The notes beneath the pieces are model-generated. The model worked only from the letters and a program-made list of their open reading frames with translations, did not search any database and had not been told where the DNA came from. The translations under genes were made by a program, and so were the position numbers. Shown piece by piece: positions 26,601-34,205 of a DNA stretch of 60,851 bases. Origin of the DNA: a virus; IMG/VR virus record IMGVR_UViG_3300045988_119927. One strand, written 5' to 3'. Positions within the stretch are counted from its first letter, which is position 1, and each line of letters begins with the position of its first letter.

Positions 26601-26650
26601 TGCCGCTTTTTGTTAATTTTGTGATAATAATTGAAAAAGCATCAATTTTC

Positions 26651-26668
26651 TGGCCAAAAACCCATTTT
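26651..26668 (+). repeat. Iteron R1 TGGCCAAAAACCCATTTT
   Basis: Direct reading. Half-sites GTGGCCAG and CGGCCAC follow. Confidence 0.7.
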
Positions 26669-26732
26669 GTGGCCAGAAATTTTAGAAAAACGGCCACATA
26701 TTTTTACGTAGATACGTTATAAATATGCGCTT

Positions 26733-26750
26733 TGGCCAAAAACCCACTTT
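26733..26750 (+). repeat. Iteron R2 TGGCCAAAAACCCACTTT
   Basis: 17 of 18 positions are identical to R1. Confidence 0.7.
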
Positions 26751-26803
26751 TTTCTTTAAGTTAATTAAAAAATGAAAAAAATAATATATATAATAGAACA
26801 GAA

Positions 26804-26821
26804 AAAATGGGCTTTTGGCCA
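26804..26821 (-). repeat. Iteron R3 (inverted) TGGCCAAAAGCCCATTTT
   Basis: The reverse complement of AAAATGGGCTTTTGGCCA. 17 of 18 positions match R1. Confidence 0.7.
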
Positions 26822-26869
26822 CAACTTGTTTTTCATGCATTGCCCCCATATCCTCTGTCGATATTAACC

Positions 26870-26898
26870 TTGTAAAATAACGTCGGATAGTGTATTAT
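26870..26898 (+). promoter_or_regulatory. Canonical sigma-A type promoter
   Basis: TTGTAA, a 17-nt spacer, then TATTAT, about 50 nt upstream of ATG 26949. Confidence 0.55.
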
Positions 26899-26948
26899 AA
26901 AAAGCAGCACATTAGTGGCTGACTTCTTGTGAGTATGAGGTAAAGCGT

Positions 26949-27395
26949 ATGGAATACATCGAGGAACTTGCTAAAAATTGGAAACAGTATGGTTACTCAT
27001 TTGATGCGAGAGAAATTCTTCCGAACGGTGATGAAGCATGGGTGTATTCAACCCTGGAGTTAGGACTACCAGTTCTTTGGTTGAAACATCCAGATGGAAG
27101 TTTCGAACATTATGTCATACATACGGATGGATATGACAAACCAACTGGCGAGCATTGGTGTTTTTGGTGCCATTGTCAAATGGAGCGATACGAAAATATT
27201 TGGAAAGTTCCTATCTGGCGATGCCCAAAGTGTGAAGAAGAGCACTACGAAGAAGACGTGGATTTATGTAGTGCTCCGACCGAAGAAGCAAGTTATGCCG
27301 ATGATGAACTCGAACCTGAAGAAGAATGGCTCGATACATACTATAGAGAAAATCCCTATATACCTCACGACGAATACGATTTTGACGGGTTTTAA
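26949..27395 (+). CDS. Hypothetical Cys-cluster protein with strongly acidic C-terminus
   Basis: 148 aa. It has CFWCHC...CPKCEEEH and an acidic tail, DDELEPEEEWLD...DEYDFDGF. Confidence 0.5.
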   Translation: MEYIEELAKNWKQYGYSFDAREILPNGDEAWVYSTLELGLPVLWLKHPDGSFEHYVIHTDGYDKPTGEHWCFWCHCQMERYENIWKVPIWRCPKCEEEHYEEDVDLCSAPTEEASYADDELEPEEEWLDTYYRENPYIPHDEYDFDGF

Positions 27396-27415
27396 TTTAA
27401 TAGTCTTTTAAGATT

Positions 27416-27449
27416 GCCTCTGCGCGAAAAACGCAGAGGCTTTTCTTTT
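27416..27449 (+). terminator. Rho-independent terminator
   Basis: GCCTCTGCG-CGAAAAA-CGCAGAGGC followed by TTTTCTTTT. Confidence 0.8.
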
Positions 27450-27490
27450 GCCCTTTTTTACAAAAATTAACACTTTTTCACAAAAATTAC

Positions 27491-27520
27491 CGCGAAAAAA
27501 ACAGCCTCTTTTATGAGGAG
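27491..27520 (+). promoter_or_regulatory. Class-C promoter-like element heading the nuclease-RNAP operon
   Basis: Sequence CGCGAAAAAAACAGCCTCTTTTATGAGGAG. Confidence 0.45.
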
Positions 27521-27569
27521 AATAGAACGTGTCTTAAACATACTATTCTTTTTATTTTTGGAGGTTGAC

Positions 27570-27890
27570 ATGCTCGAAAACAAATTTAAGACCGGATTGG
27601 TGAAAGAACTGAAAAAGCGCTTTCCCGGTTGTACGGTGGTTCATTTGGACCCGAACGAAGTTCAGGGACATCCTGACCTTTTAGTTTTGTATGGTCCTAC
27701 TTGGGCTGCGCTTGAGGGAAAGAAGTCGGCAAATGCTCCTCATCGCCCTAATCAGGACTACTATGTCCAGAAGATGAACGAAATGAGCTTTGCCGCTTTT
27801 ATTTATCCGGAAAACAAGGAGGAGATACTTGATGCAATGGAACGATCATTCGAGGCTCACGGGGCAACATGCATTTCTGGGAGCAAGTAA
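27570..27890 (+). CDS. VRR-NUC / PD-(D/E)XK-type nuclease
   Basis: GHPDLLVLYGPTWAALEGKK fits the D...ExK core. It has the leader TTTTTGGAGGTTGACATG. Confidence 0.5.
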   Translation: MLENKFKTGLVKELKKRFPGCTVVHLDPNEVQGHPDLLVLYGPTWAALEGKKSANAPHRPNQDYYVQKMNEMSFAAFIYPENKEEILDAMERSFEAHGATCISGSK

Positions 27891-28392
27891 GTATCACTGG
27901 CTCAACTATGACCGAGATCGCTTGGTTGATGCCTACCTGAGTAATCAGGCAAAAGAGCGAGGCACGAGACTCCATGCATTTGCAGCAGAATGCATCGAGC
28001 TTAAGCAAAAGCTTCCCAAGAGCAAGAAAACGCTGAATGCCTATGTCAATGATGCCATCGGCTTCCGCATGACACCTGAAGTTGTGCTTTATTACAGCCC
28101 GAATTGTTTCGGGACAGCGGACGCTATCATGTTCGATGATGGCGTCCTTCGCATCCATGATCTGAAGACTGGAACCGTTCCTGCTCATATGGAGCAGCTT
28201 TATATTTACGATGCCTTGTTCTGTTTGGAATACGGTATCGATCCTGTAACTATTCGGTTCGAAAATCGAATTTATCAGAGCGATGATATTTGGGTGGAAA
28301 ATCCCGAAGCAGAAGACATTCTTCCGATCATTGCAAAGATCAAGGAATTCGATAAAATCATCAACGAAGTAAAGCTTGGAGCTGCAGCATGA
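27832..28392 (+). CDS. PD-(D/E)XK (RecB/Cas4-like) nuclease
   Basis: RBS AAGGAGGAG is present. GTADAIMFDDGVLRIHDLKTG fits the D...DxK pattern. Confidence 0.5.
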   Translation: MQWNDHSRLTGQHAFLGASKYHWLNYDRDRLVDAYLSNQAKERGTRLHAFAAECIELKQKLPKSKKTLNAYVNDAIGFRMTPEVVLYYSPNCFGTADAIMFDDGVLRIHDLKTGTVPAHMEQLYIYDALFCLEYGIDPVTIRFENRIYQSDDIWVENPEAEDILPIIAKIKEFDKIINEVKLGAAA

Positions 28393-31157
28393 ATCCTATC
28401 GAAAAAGATATTCGCTCTTATTATGGAGTTGAATCACAGAACGGGGTGCTTGAACACTACGGCACCAAAAAACATTCTGGTCGGTATCCATGGGGTTCTG
28501 GGGAGAATCCTTATCAGCATTCGGGAGATTTTCTTTCACGAATTGAACTTTTGAAAAATAAAGGACTTTCAGAAAAAGATATTCTGAACTCTATCAACGA
28601 TACACTTCCGAAGGAATATCAGATGAGTCTTTCGGAGTTTCGTGTTGCTAAAAGCAAAGCTATAAATTTGCGCAAAACGTCAGAATATGAGCAAATTAAA
28701 GACCTTAGAGATAATAAAGGCCTTGGGTGGACAGACATCGCAAAACAGCTCAACATGAGCGAGTCAAGCGTCCGGTCTAAATACTCTGGTAATATCGACA
28801 AAAAAGCAAAACGTGCAGAGAGTATCGCCGAAACTTTGAAAAAAGAAGTAGAGAAAAAGGGCATGGTTGACATTTCTGAAGGTGCGAACCAAGTGCTTGG
28901 AATATCTGAAACCGAGCTTATCGATGCCGCATACACACTTGAAGCAGAATATGGTTTCAAACGGTATGGTGTTGGCATTCGCCAGCCGACTAACATTCGT
29001 CAACAGACAAACATTACTGTTTTGGCCAAGCCTGAGTTTGACCAGAAATATGCCTACCAGCACCAAGACCAGATTGATTCGCTGGGTGATTACCATTCTG
29101 ATGATGGTGGCGAAACTTTTCAGAAGCTTCAACGTCCATCAAGTTTGGATTCAAGCCGTGTGGCAATTATGTATGGCGATGAAGGTGGTCTGGCAAAGGA
29201 TGGCGTCATTGAGATTCGCCGTGGTGTCCCGGATCTTGATCTTGGCAAAAGCCATTATGCACAGGTGCGTATTCTTGTCGATGGCGACCACTATCTGAAA
29301 GGCATGGCTGTTTATTCCGACGATCTTCCGGATGGCGTTGATGTTAGGTTCAACACCAATAAACCTTCCGGCACCCCCAAGATGAAAGTTCTGAAAGAAG
29401 CGAAAGCTGATCCAGACAATCCTTTTGGTGCAGCCATCAAAGCAAATGGTCAGAGCATGTACATCGGAGCTGATGGAAAGGAGCACCTGTCTCCTATCAA
29501 TAAACTGAAAGAAGAAGGCGACTGGGATACAATGTCCCGAAATGTCTCTTCTCAATTTCTTTCCAAGCAGCCCAAAAAGTTGATTGAGAATCAGCTGAAA
29601 CTGACTGTCGCGGACTATAAAGCACAGTATGATGAAATCATGCAGTACAACAACCCGACGATTAAGAAGAAACTGCTCACTGACTTCGCTGACACATGCG
29701 AAGGTACATCGATGACCCTCAAAGCATCTGCTTTTCCCGGACAGTCTACGAAAGTCATCCTTCCGATCAATCAGATCAAAGAGACGGAAGCATACTGCCC
29801 GACATATGAAAATGGCACGAAGCTTGCATTGATACGCTTTCCGCATGCAGGCACTTTTGAGATTCCTATTGTCACAGTCAACAATAAGAATGTTCACGGC
29901 AAGCGGAATCTTGGAGCAATTCAGGATGCAATCGGCATCAACGCAAAGGTGGCAGAACGCCTTTCGGGCGCTGATTTTGATGGCGATACTGTCATGGCGA
30001 TTCCTATTACGGACAAAGTCAGCATTAAGTCTACTCCTGCACTGAAGGATTTGAAAGATTTCGATCCTAAAACTGAATACGCAGTACCACCAGGTAATCC
30101 TAATCACGTCCGTCTCATGAAAAAAGAGGAGAAGCAACGTGAAATGGGCGTCATTTCTAATTTGATTACGGATATGACTCTTCGTGGCGCGGATGAGAAA
30201 GAACTGGCTCGTGCTGTTAAGCATTCAATGGTCGTTATTGATGCAGAAAAGCATGGCCTCGACTACAAGCGCTCTGAAAGGGAAAATGGTATCGCAGAAC
30301 TTAAGCAGAAGTGGCAGATTCGTGTTGATGAGGAAGGAAATGTCAAGTACGGTGGAGCATCCACACTTCTGTCTCGTCGTAAGCAAACGATACGAGTTCC
30401 TGAACGTCGTGGAAGTGTTCATGTTGACAAAGATACTGGTGAACTAGTTTATAAAGAGAGCGGACGTACCTTTATCGATCCCAAAACCGGAAAGGAACGC
30501 ATGGCCGAAGACACGGTCAGCTTGATTTCTGAAACCAAAGACGCAAGAACACTGTCCTCTGGCACCATTCAGGAAAACCTCTACGCCGATTTCTCGAACC
30601 AGCTTAAGGCCATGGCCAGACAGGCTCGTAAAGAGGCTGAGAATATGCCCGGTTTGAAGTACAGTCCGGCAGCAGCGAAGCAATATGCATCCGAAGTTAG
30701 GTCTTTGAACGATAAGTATAACACCATGCTCATGAATAAGCCAAAAGAACGCAAGGCAATGCTCATTGCTAATGCAAGCATTAAAGCGAAAATTCAGGAG
30801 CAAGGTCTTAATCCTGCAATCGATAAGAAAGAAATTAGAAAAATCTCTTCTGTCGAGATGCAGCGCGCACGCGATTCTGTTGGTGCAAGCGGACGCAAAT
30901 CTAAGGTCGTTTTTACAGATAAAGAATGGGAAGCGATTCAAGCAGGAGCGATTTCTGACAGCAAACTCATGAAGATTCTTAATTCTTCTGATTCTGACGA
31001 AATTGTGAAGCGCGCAATGCCGAAAGCGACGACTGTTATGAGTTCTGCAAAAATGTCGAAAGCCAAAGCAATGCTTCGCAGTGGTTATACGTATGAGGAG
31101 ATTGCAAAAGCTTGCGGTGTGCCGGAGTCAACGGTCTACAGTGCATTGAACAAGTGA
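28389..31157 (+). CDS. Single-chain two-barrel (DPBB) RNA polymerase candidate, YonO-like, with N- and C-terminal HTH-like segments
   Basis: 922 aa. The beta-prime-like segment is RFPHAGTFEIPIVTV...SGADFDGDTVMAIP (DFDGD at nt 29973-29987). The beta-like segment is KGMAVYSDDLPDGVDVRFNTNKPSGTP. HTH-like segments are GWTDIAKQLNMSESSVRSKY and GYTYEEIAKACGVPESTVYSAL. Confidence 0.7.
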   Translation: MNPIEKDIRSYYGVESQNGVLEHYGTKKHSGRYPWGSGENPYQHSGDFLSRIELLKNKGLSEKDILNSINDTLPKEYQMSLSEFRVAKSKAINLRKTSEYEQIKDLRDNKGLGWTDIAKQLNMSESSVRSKYSGNIDKKAKRAESIAETLKKEVEKKGMVDISEGANQVLGISETELIDAAYTLEAEYGFKRYGVGIRQPTNIRQQTNITVLAKPEFDQKYAYQHQDQIDSLGDYHSDDGGETFQKLQRPSSLDSSRVAIMYGDEGGLAKDGVIEIRRGVPDLDLGKSHYAQVRILVDGDHYLKGMAVYSDDLPDGVDVRFNTNKPSGTPKMKVLKEAKADPDNPFGAAIKANGQSMYIGADGKEHLSPINKLKEEGDWDTMSRNVSSQFLSKQPKKLIENQLKLTVADYKAQYDEIMQYNNPTIKKKLLTDFADTCEGTSMTLKASAFPGQSTKVILPINQIKETEAYCPTYENGTKLALIRFPHAGTFEIPIVTVNNKNVHGKRNLGAIQDAIGINAKVAERLSGADFDGDTVMAIPITDKVSIKSTPALKDLKDFDPKTEYAVPPGNPNHVRLMKKEEKQREMGVISNLITDMTLRGADEKELARAVKHSMVVIDAEKHGLDYKRSERENGIAELKQKWQIRVDEEGNVKYGGASTLLSRRKQTIRVPERRGSVHVDKDTGELVYKESGRTFIDPKTGKERMAEDTVSLISETKDARTLSSGTIQENLYADFSNQLKAMARQARKEAENMPGLKYSPAAAKQYASEVRSLNDKYNTMLMNKPKERKAMLIANASIKAKIQEQGLNPAIDKKEIRKISSVEMQRARDSVGASGRKSKVVFTDKEWEAIQAGAISDSKLMKILNSSDSDEIVKRAMPKATTVMSSAKMSKAKAMLRSGYTYEEIAKACGVPESTVYSALNK

Positions 31158-31182
31158 TTTCACATGAAAGGAGCACGGATAT

Positions 31183-31452
31183 ATGGTTCGTTGCTTTCTT
31201 ACCACTTTCGATAACCCGTATTCGCCTTACGAGCAGTTCGAAGAATGGTATCAATATGACACGGATCATGGCTATAACTCATCTGGTCTTCTCATGAGGC
31301 TTGCCGAGACGTCTTCTCAGTTCACAGACAATGAGAATGCCTATGAAATCGAGAAGGCTATCGACAGAATTGTAGCTGCTGATCCGCAAAACATCTACGA
31401 GAAGCTCAAGATCGAAGTAAAAGACGAAGACACACTGGATAAAAGTGCTTAA
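31183..31452 (+). CDS. Hypothetical conserved phage protein
   Basis: RBS AAAGGAG lies 9 nt upstream. 89 aa. Confidence 0.5.
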   Translation: MVRCFLTTFDNPYSPYEQFEEWYQYDTDHGYNSSGLLMRLAETSSQFTDNENAYEIEKAIDRIVAADPQNIYEKLKIEVKDEDTLDKSA

Positions 31453-31591
31453 GCATAGGGGAGGGGTCTCAAAAATGGCACCCCCTCTCAAATCGCGCCG
31501 GTCTTTGATATTTCCCCGGAGGGAAAATTGATATTTGGGCTTTAAGATGAAATTGCCGAGGCCACGGGGAGTAGACCGCAGCTTCGGCAGT

Positions 31592-31716
31592 TTTTGCAAG
31601 GGCTTATGGGAGAAACGCCTCCTATGAAATTCGGGTTCATGATGTTCAACCTCCATTGACATTTTTCTTCTCCTTTCAGATGCCATGACAAGCCACGCCC
31701 ATGAGCCCTTGCAAAA
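31592..31716 (+). other. Long-range 19-nt inverted repeat (large stem-loop) upstream of the packaging module
   Basis: TTTTGCAAGGGCTTATGGG (31592-31610) pairs with CCCATGAGCCCTTGCAAAA (31698-31716). There is one G-U pair and an 87-nt loop. Confidence 0.6.
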
Positions 31717-31749
31717 GCGAAATAAAACCATAAGAAAAGAGGAAAAGTT

Positions 31750-32097
31750 ATGAAGCCGAAAAGAAGCGCTCCGGGAGAGACGGCTGCGGCTTCGGCCCGG
31801 CCTGCCTCCAGCCCGGAAGCACAGGAACAGTACATGATAAATCTGGCCATGACTCTGGTGGAAAGACGGCTTCGGGAAGGAACGGCCTCTAGTGCAGAGA
31901 CCACTCATTTTCTGAAGCTGGCCACCATGAAGTCAGACCTTGAGAAGAAGAAGCTGGAGGAAGAGAACAAGCTTCTGCGGGCAAAGACCGAGACGCTTGA
32001 GGCTGCCAAGGACTCCAAGGAGATGTACGACAAGGTGCTGAAAGCTATGGCAAAATACAACGGCGTTGGAGAGGATGACGAGTATGACTTTAATTGA
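31750..32097 (+). CDS. Putative small terminase / packaging accessory protein
   Basis: This is the first ORF of the late arm. 115 aa, with a helical basic N-half and a coiled coil. The assignment is by position only. Confidence 0.3.
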   Translation: MKPKRSAPGETAAASARPASSPEAQEQYMINLAMTLVERRLREGTASSAETTHFLKLATMKSDLEKKKLEEENKLLRAKTETLEAAKDSKEMYDKVLKAMAKYNGVGEDDEYDFN

Positions 32098-32284
32098 ATT
32101 GGCGTTTGCTATGTGCTGGCTTGTAGTAATCGTTTTTGCCTCGATGTTCTTTGCACAGTGGGTAGAGAAACACACGCAGAGTTATGCAATGGAACTCTTT
32201 GCGCAGTTCGGGATTCCTGCGCTGTTATGGTGTGGAATGCTGCTTTTGTATGCGGCATTGCAGCAGAAGGGTCTGCTGAGGTGA
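32084..32284 (+). CDS. Small membrane protein
   Basis: Two TM helices. Alternative starts at 32066 and 32075. Confidence 0.35.
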   Translation: MTLIELAFAMCWLVVIVFASMFFAQWVEKHTQSYAMELFAQFGIPALLWCGMLLLYAALQQKGLLR

Positions 32285-32289
32285 GTAGA

Positions 32290-32928
32290 ATGACTACGAT
32301 CGCGGTAAACGTACGACTCTTTTTGGCAATACTGTGTTCTTTGGCCCTTATCTGTACGTTTTTGCTGATCGCGACAGACACAACGGATGAGAAGCGTGAT
32401 TTCGTGCACTATGTAATGTATATTCTTGTGTTTTTACTTGAGATCGGAATGGAAGTGACGATCATGCTCTTTGTTGGGGGGAGTATGAAAAGCTATACGG
32501 AATTATGCACTCTGCCGACCTACGAGGAGCGGCTGGAGTATTTACAGCTGCATGGGGAAGTTGGGAGAGACACCTTTGGGTTTGACCGATGGCTGAACCA
32601 GGATTTTTACCAATCGAGAGAGTGGCGGCAGTTCCGGGACAGGATCATTGCGAGAGACATGGGGTGTGATCTGGGGTGCCCGGACCATCCCATTACGGAT
32701 TGGGTGCTGCGGGATGGCAGACCGGTGAGACCGCGCATCAGCATCCACCATTTGAATCCGATCACGAAAGAAGATGTGATCCGGCACAGCGAAAAGCTGC
32801 TGGACCCGGAAAATGCCATCTGCGTTTCGGCTGCGACACACAAGGCTATCCATTACGGCACCGGGGACGGGCCGAAGATACCGGATGGCAATAGAACAGC
32901 AGGGGATACCTGCCCTTGGAGGAAATAG
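32290..32928 (+). CDS. HNH endonuclease (possible N-terminal 2-TM extension; alternative start 32485)
   Basis: The C-terminus CPDHPI...ISIHHLNPITKED...AATHKAIHYG is an HNH motif. It lies close to the terminase, as in cos-type HK97-like phages. Confidence 0.75.
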   Translation: MTTIAVNVRLFLAILCSLALICTFLLIATDTTDEKRDFVHYVMYILVFLLEIGMEVTIMLFVGGSMKSYTELCTLPTYEERLEYLQLHGEVGRDTFGFDRWLNQDFYQSREWRQFRDRIIARDMGCDLGCPDHPITDWVLRDGRPVRPRISIHHLNPITKEDVIRHSEKLLDPENAICVSAATHKAIHYGTGDGPKIPDGNRTAGDTCPWRK

Positions 32929-32929
32929 G

Positions 32930-33139
32930 ATGAACTGGACGACAGCTTGGCTTACCATGAAGCAGGGACACAAAGTGAAACGGCGGGGCTGGAAGGACGC
33001 CTACTGGCATATTTCCGGCACGGAGCTTCTGATCCACAAGGAAAACGGCGAAGAGGTCAACTTCCGTAAGGTCAAAGACATTGGCATGATGCTGAACGTG
33101 ACCTGCTGCGACGACTGGGAACAGGTTATGGAGGGATAA
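32930..33139 (+). CDS. DUF2829-like small protein (Tad2-family fold candidate)
   Basis: MNWTTAWLTMKQGHKVKRRGW...CCDDWEQV matches the DUF2829 pattern of MxFxxAxxxxKxGxKVxRxGW ... DW. Confidence 0.55.
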   Translation: MNWTTAWLTMKQGHKVKRRGWKDAYWHISGTELLIHKENGEEVNFRKVKDIGMMLNVTCCDDWEQVMEG

Positions 33140-33140
33140 G

Positions 33141-33521
33141 ATGTACGCGATAAAAAAGTTTGATGAAGGGGAAGCGGAATACAGTGTCCTTCTGCGGCGG
33201 AAGCTGGAAGAGGCAGAGGCGATGCTTCTGAAGCTGAACCCGAGCCGGGAAAGAAGCCTTGCACTGACGAAGCTGGACGAGGCATTGCTATGGGCGAACG
33301 CCGCGATCGCGGCTGCCGGCGTCAGCACGGACCGAGAGAGCAGCGCAGCATCGGAAACGGCCGAACAGTCGTGGGCGATGATGTCTGCCCCGGTCATGAA
33401 AAAAGAAATCGCCATCGATATTCCGAAAGAGATTCGTCTGGGAGAGCCCATTTGCGATATATCCACGATGATCTGCAATTCGATGAACAACAAGACTCAA
33501 GCGATTGGCTCCAAACGATGA
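33141..33521 (+). CDS. Hypothetical protein
   Basis: 126-aa ORF. Confidence 0.5.
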   Translation: MYAIKKFDEGEAEYSVLLRRKLEEAEAMLLKLNPSRERSLALTKLDEALLWANAAIAAAGVSTDRESSAASETAEQSWAMMSAPVMKKEIAIDIPKEIRLGEPICDISTMICNSMNNKTQAIGSKR

Positions 33522-33563
33522 TGGGCCGCCCTGCCGGGCAACGAAAACAGAGGAGAAATCAAA

Positions 33564-33842
33564 ATGGAACAGAGAGATTTTATGACCCGCGCAAAGCAGC
33601 TGGTGGTGGACTACTTCAACAGTCATGTGGACGTGACCGACGGCAAGAAGCTGACGATGGAGGATGTGTTCATCGTATGGTTCTCGAAGACTTTGCAGAA
33701 CTGGAAGGCGCTTGTGAGCACCACTGTATCCGACGGCATGTACTATGAGATCACCCACAATGGCGACAAGAAGGAGACCTACCTTGACGTGTATAAGAAG
33801 TGGGAGAACCAGTGCATTGCGGACGGGGACACTGCACGTTAA
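33564..33842 (+). CDS. Hypothetical protein
   Basis: 92 aa. RBS GGAG is present. Confidence 0.5.
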   Translation: MEQRDFMTRAKQLVVDYFNSHVDVTDGKKLTMEDVFIVWFSKTLQNWKALVSTTVSDGMYYEITHNGDKKETYLDVYKKWENQCIADGDTAR

Positions 33843-33854
33843 CGGAGGAGTGGC

Positions 33855-34205
33855 ATGGACAGCATCCTGACAAGCGTAAAAAAGCTGCTGGGGATCGCCG
33901 AGGAATGCGAGGACTTTGATGCAGACATTGTAATGTATCTGAACAGCGTATTCATGGTGCTGACCCAGATGGGGGTAGGGCCGAAAGAAGGCTTTGCCAT
34001 TACTGGAAAAGAGGAACGTTGGAGCCAGTTTATTGCCGACCCGGTGAAGGCGGCAGCCGTGAAAGCATATGCCGCCATGAAGGTGCGGCTGATGGGCTTT
34101 GATGTGCCCCAAAGCAGCTCTACCCTGGACGCACTGAAAAATGCCGCTGCTGAAATGGAGTGGCGGCTGAACGTGGAGCACGACGACACATGGCCAGCAG
34201 TGTAA
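33855..34205 (+). CDS. gp6-like head-tail connector domain protein
   Basis: LTSVKKLLGIAEECEDFDADIVMYLNSVF resembles the N-terminus of Phage_connect_1. Confidence 0.4.
   Translation: MDSILTSVKKLLGIAEECEDFDADIVMYLNSVFMVLTQMGVGPKEGFAITGKEERWSQFIADPVKAAAVKAYAAMKVRLMGFDVPQSSSTLDALKNAAAEMEWRLNVEHDDTWPAV

Noticed and set aside
26530-26948. A mini-CRISPR array in the AT-rich repeat region.
   Set aside because: There are only three 18-mer copies, one of them inverted, with irregular spacing and no spacer-like unique units. The region is better described as iterons.
31279-31662. A minus-strand ORF with a good RBS (GAAAGGAGAAG-N5-ATG at 31662) inside the structured leader.
   Set aside because: It has no stop until 31279, so it would run antisense through the well-supported + strand gene 31183-31452. 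The RBS-like string is more simply part of the purine-rich loop of the leader.
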